A stretch of 64,000 nt of DNA from an uncultured Nitrospiraceae bacterium (GCA_963727805.1 CAVSHF010000003.1:256001-320000); one strand, 5' to 3'; shown: positions 17,707 to 27,878, counted from the first letter of the stretch. Numbers and translations: made by a program. The notes: generated by a model not told the origin, from the sequence alone.

Positions 17707-19635
17707 ATGAAGAAGATATTTCTCGAGAGCCGTTCTCGTGAAGACGCGTTGACACTTGTGGCCAGTCGGCTCGATGCTATCGGAATCGGCCGGCTTTCTG
17801 AAGAGATAATCCCCTCCTCATTTGCACTCGGCAGAATCACAGCAGCACCTGTCTTTGCACGCTATTCCTCGCCTTTTTACCATTCGGCAGCTATGGACGG
17901 TTATGCTGTAAGGTTTGCCGAAACCCTTACCGCCTCGGAAACCTCACCAGCAGTTCTAAAAGTCGGTGTGCAGGCACTTCCTGTCGATACGGGCGATCCC
18001 ATGCCCGAGGGCTTCGATGCGGTCATTATGATAGAGGATGTTAACCGTTCTGAAGACATGCTTGAAATATACGCCTCAGTTACACCCTACCAGAACGTGA
18101 GGCCGATAGGCGAAGATATCGTTGCAACTGAGCTGATCGTCTCTGAAAACCATGTCCTGCGGCCCGTTGACATAGGAGCGCTGCTTGCTAGCGGCCACAT
18201 AGAGATAGCGGTTGTCAAGAAACCGAAGATAGCTGTCATCCCGACGGGCACGGAGCTTGTCGAGCCAGCAATAGTGAAGAATCGACCTCCGGTCCCGCCC
18301 GAGATCATCGAATATAATTCGGCAATGCTTTCAGGACTCGCTTCCGAATTGGGTGGCGATACGGTCCGCTATCCGATCATTAGTGACGATTTCGAGAAGA
18401 TCAAGGAGGCCATTGTAGAGGCATCTAGGACAGCGGACATCGTGCTTGTAAATGCCGGATCGGGTAGGGGCTCCGAGGACTATACCTCAGCAGCCATTGC
18501 TGACGTTGGCGAGCTCCTTATCAACAGTGTCACGATAAAGCCTGGTAAGCCATTTATTGCAGGAATTGTCAATAACACGCCGGTTTTCGGCATCCCCGGC
18601 TATCCGGTATCGGCTTTTGTGACCTTTCGTCTATTTGTGAAACCCCTGATTGAGCGTCTTTGTGCAGTACCGATGAAAAAGGATGAAACTATCCGGGCCA
18701 CGCTTTCGAGACAAATTGCATCATCTTTGGGTGTCGATGAGTTTGTTCGTGTTAAGGTTGGAGTCGTAGGCGACAAATACATTGCGACTCCTGCGGGAAG
18801 AGGAGCTGGGTTGCTTATGTCGGTAGTGCGTGCCGACGGTATGATGACGGTTCCCGCAAGCTCCGAGGGAATTGCCGTAGGCAAGGAAGTCGAGGTCGAA
18901 CTCTTCAGGAGTAAGGATGAGCTAATAAATACGATCGTATGCATCGGAAGTCATGACAACTCCCTCGACGTTCTCGCAAACGCCATAAAAAAGAACTACC
19001 CAGGGTTTGGGCTCTCATCTGCACATGTAGGATCAATGGGTGGCCTTATGGCCCTCAAAAAAGGTGAAGCCCATATGGCGGGCACCCATCTTCTTGACGA
19101 GGAATCAGGTGAATATAATATTCCCAGCATTATAAAACATTTGCCCGACAGAAAGATTGTTCTCATCAATCTTGTCTACCGCCTGCAAGGATTGCTTGTG
19201 AGAAAGGGGAATCCTAAAAAGGTTAAGGGATTTCAGGACCTCATCCGGGATGATATTGTTTTCATCAACAGACAGGGAGGGTCAGGTACGAGACTGCTTC
19301 TCGATAAATATCTCAGGGACCTTTGCATTGACCCCTTGCATATAAAAGGATATGAACGGGATGAATATACTCACATGGCTGTAGCATCGGCAGTCCTTAC
19401 GGGACTTGCCGATACGGGACTTGCCGTCTATTCTTCAGCAAAAGCTTTGAACCTTGATTTCATACCTGTAGCCGAGGAGCGTTACGATATTGCGATCCCC
19501 GCCGAGTTTATGGAGACAGAAAAAATTCGGATACTTCTCAGGATTATTAGGAAGAATAAGGAATTCATAGAGACCGTGTTATCCCTTGGCGGATATGATA
19601 CAAAAGACATGGGCAAAGTTCTGTTCGCCAATTGA
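17707..19635 (+). CDS. moeA: MoeA fused to periplasmic-binding-protein-like domain
   Basis: SAAMDGYA, IKPGKP, GIPGYPVS; C-term GSHD, VGSMGGL, INRQGGSGTR. Confidence 0.92.
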   Translation: MKKIFLESRSREDALTLVASRLDAIGIGRLSEEIIPSSFALGRITAAPVFARYSSPFYHSAAMDGYAVRFAETLTASETSPAVLKVGVQALPVDTGDPMPEGFDAVIMIEDVNRSEDMLEIYASVTPYQNVRPIGEDIVATELIVSENHVLRPVDIGALLASGHIEIAVVKKPKIAVIPTGTELVEPAIVKNRPPVPPEIIEYNSAMLSGLASELGGDTVRYPIISDDFEKIKEAIVEASRTADIVLVNAGSGRGSEDYTSAAIADVGELLINSVTIKPGKPFIAGIVNNTPVFGIPGYPVSAFVTFRLFVKPLIERLCAVPMKKDETIRATLSRQIASSLGVDEFVRVKVGVVGDKYIATPAGRGAGLLMSVVRADGMMTVPASSEGIAVGKEVEVELFRSKDELINTIVCIGSHDNSLDVLANAIKKNYPGFGLSSAHVGSMGGLMALKKGEAHMAGTHLLDEESGEYNIPSIIKHLPDRKIVLINLVYRLQGLLVRKGNPKKVKGFQDLIRDDIVFINRQGGSGTRLLLDKYLRDLCIDPLHIKGYERDEYTHMAVASAVLTGLADTGLAVYSSAKALNLDFIPVAEERYDIAIPAEFMETEKIRILLRIIRKNKEFIETVLSLGGYDTKDMGKVLFAN

Positions 19636-19642
19636 TGAAAAA

Positions 19643-21175
19643 ATGATCGCCTTGGCATTCCCTCTGGAAATCGTTTTAAAGAAACCCTCAGACTTGGATA
19701 AGAAGGCTGACAGGGAAAGATTACTTGACGCCATTTCCCAAACCCTTGTGAGTTCTTTACCTCTCGATATAGACCTGGATGTACTTAGGCGGGTTCCTGC
19801 CCTGATGAGGGAACAGGATTTTTTCCTCCAAGTCGTGATCGCGTTATTAAGGGCGAGGCTCGAAGTAGTCGCTGCAGGGCAGGCCGCATGTTACGGAATT
19901 GCCATCGACCTTGGGACCACGAATCTGGTCGCATCATTCTTCGACATGAAGACATTCAACAAAATTGATTTAAGAGAAACAGTCAACCCCCAGACCTCAA
20001 TCGCCTCGGATGTGCTCTCCAGGATCCATGAATCCATGAAGGGTAGAGGTGAAGAGCTGCATCGACTTATGATAGAGGGAGTTAATGAACTAGTCGGGCA
20101 GTTATGCGTGGCGAATGGTGTCGATAGTCGGGATATTTTTGCCCTCACAGTTGCGGGGAATACCATAATGACCCATTATTTTCTTAACCTGCCAGTAGAG
20201 AATATTCCAATGGCGCCTTACATTCCAGTGGCGCACACGCCGGGGTTCATCCGTCCGTCGCAATTGGGAATTGCCATTAATCCCAAAGCTGTCGCCTATG
20301 TATTTCCCAATGCCGGGAGCTACGTAGGTGGAGATATTTTTTCGGGCATTTTAGCTTCAGGCCTCTATCGGAATAGGGAACCTTCTCTTCTAATCGATGT
20401 GGGTACTAATGTCGAGATTGTTCTGGGCTGTAACGAATGGATCATTGTCGGGGCCGGTGCGGCAGGTCCCGCCTTGGAGGGGGACATTGCGGGCATAGGA
20501 ATGCGGGCTGAAGAAGGGGCTATCTATGAAATCGAGATTGAAACGGCGGCCGATGCACAGGGAAAACCGTGTGAACTGAAATATAAGACTGTTGGTGGCA
20601 GCGGACCCTCGGGCATTTGCGGATCGGGCATGATCGAACTTGTTTCGGAACTTTTCAGAAATGGCATAATCGATCAACGGGGGAAATTCACCACTTTATC
20701 GGGCAGGTCGGGACGTGTTATAGAGTGGGAAGGCAATCGAGGATTTGTTATCCATGACGGGGGTGGAAGAAAGCTCCTGATCAAGGAGACTGAGATCGAT
20801 AATTTCCTAAGGTCGAAGGCGGCACTTTTTACATCGATCCATATACTCATAAAATCGGTAGGACTAAGCTTTAGCGACTTGCAGAAGGTTTATGTCTGTG
20901 GCGCCTTCGGAGCCCATATTAATGTCGATAAGGCTATCAGCATCGGCATGCTTCCGGATATCGACCGAGAGAGATTCATTATTCTCGGCAACTCTTCACT
21001 AGCAGGGACGGAAAAGCTCCTTGGCGACAGAGGCTTGCTCCCCGAAATCGACCGGATATCATCACTTATTACCTACCGGGAAATGAATACGGATGGCGAT
21101 TTCCTCAGAGAGTTTCCGGCTGCGATGTTCCTGCCACATACGGACCCCGAGGTTCTTAAGGCGAAATCTTACTGA
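19643..21175 (+). CDS. ASKHA ATPase (DUF4445/RACo corrinoid-activator-like)
   Basis: AIDLGTT, VAGNTIM, YVGGDI, IDVGTN, AGPALEG, GICGSG; start uncertain. Confidence 0.88.
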   Translation: MIALAFPLEIVLKKPSDLDKKADRERLLDAISQTLVSSLPLDIDLDVLRRVPALMREQDFFLQVVIALLRARLEVVAAGQAACYGIAIDLGTTNLVASFFDMKTFNKIDLRETVNPQTSIASDVLSRIHESMKGRGEELHRLMIEGVNELVGQLCVANGVDSRDIFALTVAGNTIMTHYFLNLPVENIPMAPYIPVAHTPGFIRPSQLGIAINPKAVAYVFPNAGSYVGGDIFSGILASGLYRNREPSLLIDVGTNVEIVLGCNEWIIVGAGAAGPALEGDIAGIGMRAEEGAIYEIEIETAADAQGKPCELKYKTVGGSGPSGICGSGMIELVSELFRNGIIDQRGKFTTLSGRSGRVIEWEGNRGFVIHDGGGRKLLIKETEIDNFLRSKAALFTSIHILIKSVGLSFSDLQKVYVCGAFGAHINVDKAISIGMLPDIDRERFIILGNSSLAGTEKLLGDRGLLPEIDRISSLITYREMNTDGDFLREFPAAMFLPHTDPEVLKAKSY

Positions 21176-22202
21176 GGCTATCCGACGCCGTTATTTCGGC
21201 GATTGCCGCTTCAGGTGCTTGTAGAGGACGCTTTGCTCCGATAAAGCGCTTTACGTAATAGGGGGTATCCAGATTGTCGATCTGCACCTTCTTTGCTCTC
21301 GACGAGGCATGAATAAACATATTGTTGCCGATGTAAATCCCGACATGCGAAGGGAAAGATGCATAGGTCCGGAAAAAGAGCAGATCGCCGCTTTGCAACT
21401 CTGCCCTGTTGATCTCCTCACCCACCTTGTACTGCTCTCGTGCGCTCCGTGGAAGGGGTTGGCCGACGAAACCGTAGACCTTTTGTACAAAGGATGAGCA
21501 ATCAAGCCCAAAGATCCCGTTGCCGCCGAACTTATAAGGAAGGTTTTGCATTTTTTTTGCGAAGAGCAGAAGGCGATCAGTAGCCGACAGAGTCGATAGT
21601 TCATCTGATTGGGACAATGCCTTTACTTCTTCAATTTTATCCGAAACATTAACACGCTTACTCATCTTGTCTGATTCAGGGGCCTTTTCTTCTTTATCCG
21701 AAGACTTGCCAACGATCAGCTGCCTACCGGTTTTAAGCTTATTGCTTGTCATATGATTAAGTAGTTTTAATTCTCGCACTGACAGGCCATATTTCTTAGC
21801 GATATTAGCAGGGGTTTCTCCCTTCTTGACAGTGTGGTATTCTCTGTCCCCGCTGTCGGCGGAACTACTATTCTTTTGAGGTGCCGGCTCGTTCTCCGTC
21901 GTCTGCAATGCCCTTTCAGTTGAATTTGTTTTGACCGTTTTTGCAGTTTTATCGGTTTTTGAAGACTTCTTCGAAGGGATAATCAATTTCTTCCCAATAG
22001 ACAGATCATCAGAGTCGAGATGGTTGGTCTCCCTTAATTCATTGACCGGGACTTTGAACTTTTTTGCTATTTTAGCAAGATTGTCTCCCCTTTTAACCTT
22101 ATAATGGGTATTGGCTTCCGCCATGGTCAGCATGCACAGGGACACAATCACGGCGATTAAAGCGGTATAGATAAAGCTTCTTTTATAAGAATATCTATGC
22201 AT
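21156..22202 (-). CDS. LysM-NlpC/P60 peptidoglycan endopeptidase
   Basis: Signal peptide, two LysM repeats, YKFGG..GLDCSSF, SHVGIY, FIHASS. Confidence 0.95.
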   Translation of the reverse strand: MHRYSYKRSFIYTALIAVIVSLCMLTMAEANTHYKVKRGDNLAKIAKKFKVPVNELRETNHLDSDDLSIGKKLIIPSKKSSKTDKTAKTVKTNSTERALQTTENEPAPQKNSSSADSGDREYHTVKKGETPANIAKKYGLSVRELKLLNHMTSNKLKTGRQLIVGKSSDKEEKAPESDKMSKRVNVSDKIEEVKALSQSDELSTLSATDRLLLFAKKMQNLPYKFGGNGIFGLDCSSFVQKVYGFVGQPLPRSAREQYKVGEEINRAELQSGDLLFFRTYASFPSHVGIYIGNNMFIHASSRAKKVQIDNLDTPYYVKRFIGAKRPLQAPEAAIAEITASDSLSKISP

Positions 22203-22253
22203 TGGCTATCTCCGCATCTTCAAGATTTATCCGGGGAAAAAATACGCCGGATA

Positions 22254-22841
22254 TCATGCAGCTTCGGTATTAAAAAAATCGTGTATCGCTGGCAACTCGG
22301 TCAGATTCTTGAGTCCGAAATAGTGCAAGAATTCATTCGTTGTAGCATATAAAAAAGGCCTGCCAGGAGACTCTTTTTTCCCGACGATTTTAATGAGCCG
22401 CTTATCAAGCAGACTTTTGACCGCTGCATCGGAATTCACGCCTCTTAACTGGTCTATCTCGACTTTCGTAATGGGCTGTTTATACGCGATAATCGAGAGA
22501 GTTTCGAGCGCAGGCTGTGAAATTTTGTTTGAGACATGGATATTCTTAAGTCGCCTAATCCATGAGGCCAACTCTGGGTCAGTGAGCATTTCGTAGCCGT
22601 CAGCGATTTCTGCAATAACGATTCCGGAATCTCTTCCCCTGTATTCAGCTATCAGCTCTCTCATTATATCCATGATGTCATGCTCGGTCACCGAAGTGGC
22701 CTTTGATATGGCGCCTACTGTAAGTGGCTCTCCGCTCGCAAAAAGCATTGCCTCAATAATGGCCTTGTTTCGGTTCGGAGCCACCGGTAAGTTTCGGGAA
22801 TCGTCAGGAGCAGGCGCAACTATGGAATCGACATTTTCCAT
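22254..22841 (-). CDS. scpB: SMC-Scp complex subunit ScpB
   Basis: IEAMLFASGEPL, LETLSIIAYKQP, RGVNSD, PGRPFLYATT..FL.YFGL; ATG at 22841. Confidence 0.95.
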   Translation of the reverse strand: MENVDSIVAPAPDDSRNLPVAPNRNKAIIEAMLFASGEPLTVGAISKATSVTEHDIMDIMRELIAEYRGRDSGIVIAEIADGYEMLTDPELASWIRRLKNIHVSNKISQPALETLSIIAYKQPITKVEIDQLRGVNSDAAVKSLLDKRLIKIVGKKESPGRPFLYATTNEFLHYFGLKNLTELPAIHDFFNTEAA

Positions 22842-22929
22842 GTTGGGTAAAAGTATACCAGATGAAGCAATAAATTGCAAAATAATGTTATATTTACAAA
22901 TTAATATATATGAAATGAAGGAGCGGCGG

Positions 22930-23772
22930 GTGAGAAACACATTGATAATGATAGCGAATAAAATCAACGGGACCGGAGTTGCGGCCCTTTTCTTAACGTT
23001 CTTTTTCTTTATTGTCTCTTTCTCGAGCGGAAACAATGTCTTTGCCTTTGGTCAAGGTGGATGTGAAGGGGAATGCAATACATGTCACGCTCTTAGTAAA
23101 ACGGAAGCGAGTGATATTATGAAGAAGCTGAAAATTCCTGCCCCGAACGTGCGCGATATCCGTATGAGTCCTATCAAGGGCCTTTGGGAGGTTACCGTTG
23201 ATTCGCAGGGCAAGAGCGGACTTTTTTATATTGCCTTTTCGAAAAATTACATCGTACAGGGACAGATTGTCGAAGTGTCAACCGGGGTTGATAAAACGAA
23301 AGAACAGTACCAAATTATGCAGGATAGCAGAAAAATAGACATTTCTAAAATATCTCTGACGAATGCCCTCGTACTAGGAGACAGGAAGGCCAAAAAACGG
23401 GTAATCGTCTTCACCGATCCTGATTGCCCCTTCTGCGGGCGTCTTCATGATGAGATGAGGAAGGTGGTCGAAAAGCGTAAGGACATCGCATTCTATATCA
23501 GGCTTTTCCCGCTTGTAAAACTCCATCCCGATTCGTATTGGAAATCTAAAAGCATTGTCTGCAACAAGTCCCTCCAGATGCTCGAAGATAATTTTGCGAA
23601 AAGACCAATACAGCGTACTGAATGCAGCACGAAAGAAGTCGACGATACCCTGAAGGTAGCTGAACGCCTTGGTATTACTGGGACTCCAACATTAATAATG
23701 CCTAACGGAAAAATGCGCTCGGGGGCGATGAGTGCCGATCAATTGATCGATCTTGCAGACGGCAAAAAGTAA
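22930..23772 (+). CDS. dsbC: DsbC-family thiol-disulfide isomerase with N-terminal CxxCH
   Basis: FTDPDCPFC, GITGTPT; GTG start after AAGGAG; signal peptide then CNTCH. Confidence 0.88.
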   Translation: MRNTLIMIANKINGTGVAALFLTFFFFIVSFSSGNNVFAFGQGGCEGECNTCHALSKTEASDIMKKLKIPAPNVRDIRMSPIKGLWEVTVDSQGKSGLFYIAFSKNYIVQGQIVEVSTGVDKTKEQYQIMQDSRKIDISKISLTNALVLGDRKAKKRVIVFTDPDCPFCGRLHDEMRKVVEKRKDIAFYIRLFPLVKLHPDSYWKSKSIVCNKSLQMLEDNFAKRPIQRTECSTKEVDDTLKVAERLGITGTPTLIMPNGKMRSGAMSADQLIDLADGKK

Positions 23773-23799
23773 GGAGTACGGGTCCAAAGGAGAACAAAG

Positions 23800-24639
23800 C
23801 TGAGTTATTCATCTTCGTTAATATTTTTTTCGCTTATCTTTCTTTTTGCTGCCCTTGTCATTTTCGTTGTTTTATTACCAAAGCTACTTATGAAAAAACA
23901 ACCACAGACCCCCAAAAAAAGCCAAGCTGATATCATTACTGAGTCATTTCAGGTGCTTGGCAACGAATTGAAGTCCCTCAAGGAGCAACTTATCCTGAAG
24001 GAGAGGTTGGCGACCCTCGGGGAGGTATCGGCTGGAATAGCCCACGAATTCAGGAATCCTATGGCTGTCATCATAGGCTATGCAAAACTTCTTTTAAAGA
24101 GTCTCGAAGAAACGGATCATAGAAGACAAATTGTTCAGGCCATCATAAAAGAGATTGATACTATGAACCGGGTGATGGAGGAGCTGCTGAAATTTTCGAA
24201 ATCCGAGCCTATTGATAAAACGGATGTCGATCTTGTAAGGATGCTCGGCGAAGTAGTGCACGAGGCTGTAAGGCCCGAATCAATAGTGTTTAATTGTACC
24301 GGGATATTTATAGTGAAAGCCGATGAGACCCTTCTTAAGCAAGCAGTGAAGAACCTCCTGAATAATGCCCTCTATGCCGGAGAAAATGCATGGCTGGTAT
24401 TGAAAGAGGGACACTTGTCAGGGGAAAAAGGTGTATTTATCGAGGTGTCGGATAACGGGAAAGGGGTTTCTACCGATGAAGCAAAGAAAATATTTTATCC
24501 CTTTTATTCAACAAAACAAGATGGGCTCGGCATCGGTCTCTCGCTTGTGCAGAAAATAGCGATGGCGCATGGGGGGGCTGTGGATGTTACAAGCACCGAA
24601 GGGAAAGGCGGTCTTTTCCGGTTTTTTCTGCCATATTGA
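23800..24639 (+). CDS. Sensor histidine kinase, PilS-like
   Basis: AHEFRNP, NLLNNA, DNGKG, FYSTK, GLGIGL; frame open upstream of ATG 23890 through a TM helix to a CTG at 23800. Confidence 0.85.
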   Translation: MSYSSSLIFFSLIFLFAALVIFVVLLPKLLMKKQPQTPKKSQADIITESFQVLGNELKSLKEQLILKERLATLGEVSAGIAHEFRNPMAVIIGYAKLLLKSLEETDHRRQIVQAIIKEIDTMNRVMEELLKFSKSEPIDKTDVDLVRMLGEVVHEAVRPESIVFNCTGIFIVKADETLLKQAVKNLLNNALYAGENAWLVLKEGHLSGEKGVFIEVSDNGKGVSTDEAKKIFYPFYSTKQDGLGIGLSLVQKIAMAHGGAVDVTSTEGKGGLFRFFLPY

Positions 24640-26013
24640 ATGGGCAAAGCAATGGATACAGTCCTTATCATAGACGATAAAAAAAGCATGGTGGACATGC
24701 TTTCGAAGACCTTCCAGTCTGAAGGTTTTTCAGTCCTCGCCGCTAATAGTGTGCGAGAGGGAAAGAAGCTGATTCAGCAAGGCGAAATGGATATCGTCGT
24801 GACAGATCTGAGACTTCCCGATGGAGACGGTATTGAGGTCCTCAAAACCGTTAAAGAGGCTTCGCAACTTATCCCTGTTGTTCTTATGACTGCCCATGGA
24901 AGCATTGAGATTGCAGTTAGGGCTGTTAAGGACGGGGCCTACGATTTTCTCACCAAGCCCTTTGACCCAGAGCATTTACTTATAATTGTCCAACGCGCTT
25001 TGGCCGAAAGCGCATCGCGAAAAGAAAATCTCATCCTCAAAAAGGAATTTTCGAGATTCCTCGATATGCCGGACATTATCGGTGTCAGCAAGGCTTGGGA
25101 TCAGGTACTGGCAAAGGTCCATAAGGTCGCTCCTATGAAAACAACGGTTCTTGTTCTAGGCGAGAGCGGCACAGGCAAGGAACTAGTCGCCCGGTCAATC
25201 CATCATCTCAGCCCGAGGGCGCGGGAGCCCTTCATTGCCGTCAATTGCGCCGCAATTCCGAAGGACCTGATCGAAAACGAATTATTCGGTCACGAAAAAG
25301 GGGCGTTCACGGGCGCACAAGACATAAAACCGGGAAGGTTCGAACTCGCCGACAAGGGCACAATCTTTCTTGATGAAATAGGCGACATGGAGATGTCTCT
25401 TCAATCAAAGCTCCTGAGAGTCCTCCAGGAAAGGGAAATTGAACGCGTCGGGGGTACCAAGCCGATCAAGGTTGATCTCAGGGTTATCGCCGCCAGCAAC
25501 AAGAACCTGAGAAAGGAAGTCACAGAAGAACGCTTTAGGGAAGACCTTTTTTACCGGCTGAATGTTTTTCCTGTCGTTGTTCCGCCTCTCCGTGAAAGGG
25601 TAGAGGATATCATCCCGCTGACGAAGCACTTCATCGCTCTATTTTCACGAGATATGAATAAACAGGAACCTGCGTTGTCCGGCGAGGCAGAAAAGCTGCT
25701 CATGGATTATGACTGGAAGGGCAACGTGCGAGAACTCAAGAATGTTGTTGAAAGAGCTATTATCATGTGCGATAGCCATACCCTATTAAGTGGCCATTTC
25801 AATATTGCTGAGGTGCGCAGCGATAGAGCTGCGCCCGATGCTTCCCTGCGTGCAGTATCGGGAATTGCCATTCGATCAGCTGAAAAGGCGAGGATCGAAG
25901 ACGCATTGCGAAAGACCGGCTGGAATAAAAGCCGAGCAGCAGAGATTCTTCAGGTGAGTTATAAGACATTGCTGACCAAGATCAAGGACTATGAGATTGC
26001 AGGGAAGCCTTAA
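24640..26013 (+). CDS. Sigma54-dependent response regulator, PilR/NtrC-like
   Basis: REC, GESGTGKE, GAFTGA, FREDLFYRLNV, WKGNVREL, Fis HTH. Confidence 0.95.
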   Translation: MGKAMDTVLIIDDKKSMVDMLSKTFQSEGFSVLAANSVREGKKLIQQGEMDIVVTDLRLPDGDGIEVLKTVKEASQLIPVVLMTAHGSIEIAVRAVKDGAYDFLTKPFDPEHLLIIVQRALAESASRKENLILKKEFSRFLDMPDIIGVSKAWDQVLAKVHKVAPMKTTVLVLGESGTGKELVARSIHHLSPRAREPFIAVNCAAIPKDLIENELFGHEKGAFTGAQDIKPGRFELADKGTIFLDEIGDMEMSLQSKLLRVLQEREIERVGGTKPIKVDLRVIAASNKNLRKEVTEERFREDLFYRLNVFPVVVPPLRERVEDIIPLTKHFIALFSRDMNKQEPALSGEAEKLLMDYDWKGNVRELKNVVERAIIMCDSHTLLSGHFNIAEVRSDRAAPDASLRAVSGIAIRSAEKARIEDALRKTGWNKSRAAEILQVSYKTLLTKIKDYEIAGKP

Positions 26014-26033
26014 GTCTGCCTTAGAATCGGGTA

Positions 26034-26075
26034 TTATGTAATTAATTACATAAAAAATATGTAACGCATTACATA
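26034..26075. promoter_or_regulatory. Tandem palindromic enhancer sites
   Basis: TTATGTAATTAATTACATAA (26034-26053) and TATGTAA-cgca-TTACATA (26058-26075). Confidence 0.75.
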
Positions 26076-26135
26076 ATTGATTAAGTCAGATATTCAAAAA
26101 TCCTGAAAATACAATGCTGATTAGCTTCCCCCGCC

Positions 26136-26152
26136 TTGGCATTATACTTGCT
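26136..26152 (+). promoter_or_regulatory. Sigma54 -24/-12 promoter of the minor pilin operon
   Basis: TTGGCATTATACTTGCT (GG-N10-GC). Confidence 0.85.
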
Positions 26153-26167
26153 TTAATCAATTCACAT

Positions 26168-26683
26168 ATGCGTAATAATACACTATCAAATAGCCAAATG
26201 GGATTTAGTCTTGTTGAAATGCTCATTGCACTTGCGATTGTTACGATTCTCAGCGCCATAGCTATCCCTATGTTTAGCGGGTTTGTAGACAATCGAGATC
26301 TTAAATCGGCCGCTAGAGACATTGCTGGGGATATTTTTGAAACGAAACAGAGGGCGATAAGTTCAGGTAACTTTTTTAGAATGGATTTTGATGTTGCTAA
26401 TAACAGTTACACTATTAAAGAGTGTGATGCCAATAATAGCGATGCTAGTTGTGTAGTGCAAAATACTAAGACTCCATCGGCTTTCAGGAATGATGTTCAA
26501 ATTACAAATGCTACATTCAGTGGCGCGGTGCCAACACGGATAACTTTCCAGCCAAGGGGGACAGTTGACACTGGTGCCGGTGCTAGCAATGCCGGCGTAG
26601 TGCTAACAAACGGAAGAACATCAAGTGCGACCGTATCAGTAAACTTAACGGGGAGAACATATGTTACCTGGATTCTGCAGTAA
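26168..26683 (+). CDS. FimT/FimU/GspH-like minor pilin
   Basis: G/FSLVEMLIALAIVTILSAIAIP prepilin motif; ITFQPRG; start downstream of the sigma54 promoter. Confidence 0.9.
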   Translation: MRNNTLSNSQMGFSLVEMLIALAIVTILSAIAIPMFSGFVDNRDLKSAARDIAGDIFETKQRAISSGNFFRMDFDVANNSYTIKECDANNSDASCVVQNTKTPSAFRNDVQITNATFSGAVPTRITFQPRGTVDTGAGASNAGVVLTNGRTSSATVSVNLTGRTYVTWILQ

Positions 26684-27119
26684 CAGAGGTTTTGGCATGA
26701 TTGATTCTGTTATGGCGCTTTGCATTACCCTTATAGGGATTGCCGGGCTGCTGTCAATCATGCCGATAGGATGGGGACTTGCAGGGAAATCGGATATGCG
26801 CACCATGGCCTCCGAAATATTGCAACGCGAACTTGAAAACATGGAGATGCTTGTCATGAATCCGTGCAATACTATTGTAGTCGGGCCTATTGCTGACGAA
26901 ACGGTTTATTCAAGTGGGTCTTCTGGTGCGGAGGCCGGCAATCACAGCTTTACTGTCCAGAGGGCGATTGCACAATTAGGTACCGGGTGGCAGATACAGG
27001 TTACAGTAATATGGCCGGGAACATCGACAGGCATTGTTGAAAGCCGCCTGGTAATCAAGCAACCCGATTACAGTGATAGCCTGAACTGTCTATCGGGTAC
27101 GCGTCTCTTGAGCTTTTAG
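26661..27119 (+). CDS. PilV-like minor pilin
   Basis: G/FGMIDSVMAL class III signal (E5 replaced by D); operon position. Confidence 0.75.
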   Translation: MLPGFCSNRGFGMIDSVMALCITLIGIAGLLSIMPIGWGLAGKSDMRTMASEILQRELENMEMLVMNPCNTIVVGPIADETVYSSGSSGAEAGNHSFTVQRAIAQLGTGWQIQVTVIWPGTSTGIVESRLVIKQPDYSDSLNCLSGTRLLSF

Positions 27120-27140
27120 TTATAGGGGGCCTGCGAGGAT

Positions 27141-27863
27141 ATGATGCGCGATAAAATGAACGATTTGATTGGAAATGCAAAAGGGTTCACTCTTATCGAA
27201 GTCCTTCTTGCTATGGTTATAGGTACCATAATATTGGCTGCAATCTACATGGCCACTATGGAAGGGCATAGGGCCTCCACCGGTATCGAACAGAAGATTG
27301 CAGTTCAAGAGGATGTGAGGGCTGCGCTTGACATTATGGCTATGGAAATAGGGATGGCTTCTTACAATCCTACAAGATCGAAAAATTTGTGGCGTGCGGC
27401 CGATTGTGGAACTGTCGCTAATGCATATAAAGGAATACAGACGGCTGCCAATTTTGCAAATTCGATTACGATAGAAGCGGATCTCAATGCAAATGGCCTG
27501 ATTGCTGAACCTAATGAAGTTGTCACGTATACTTTAGATACAGTTAATCAGCGGATTACAAGAGAAGCTAATTGTGGTGGGGCACAGTCCTTTATTGGTG
27601 ACGTAACAGCGGCATCTAACAGGCAACGGAACGTAAAAGTTGTAAATAGTGCCCTCATTCCGCCGATACCGATGTTCAGATACTACGATAGTGCAGGTAA
27701 TGAGATTGTGGCCGCAAGCCTGCCGATCAACATTCCGCAGATTCGGCGGATAGACATTACTATTGCGGTAATTGCCGCCGACCCTGATATTCAGGGCCAG
27801 ACGCGTCAAATAATTCATACTACAAGCGTGATCCCGAGAAATCATGCTGTAACAACTTTGTAG
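27141..27863 (+). CDS. PilW-like minor pilin
   Basis: G/FTLIEVLLAMVIG; EIGMASY; C-term PRN. Confidence 0.85.
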   Translation: MMRDKMNDLIGNAKGFTLIEVLLAMVIGTIILAAIYMATMEGHRASTGIEQKIAVQEDVRAALDIMAMEIGMASYNPTRSKNLWRAADCGTVANAYKGIQTAANFANSITIEADLNANGLIAEPNEVVTYTLDTVNQRITREANCGGAQSFIGDVTAASNRQRNVKVVNSALIPPIPMFRYYDSAGNEIVAASLPINIPQIRRIDITIAVIAADPDIQGQTRQIIHTTSVIPRNHAVTTL

Positions 27864-27878
27864 GCAAAGGGGCGTTTC

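Noticed and set aside
22672..23036. Long overlap of scpB and dsbC ORFs
   Set aside because: Longest-ORF artefact; likely starts at 22841 and 22930 leave a divergent promoter
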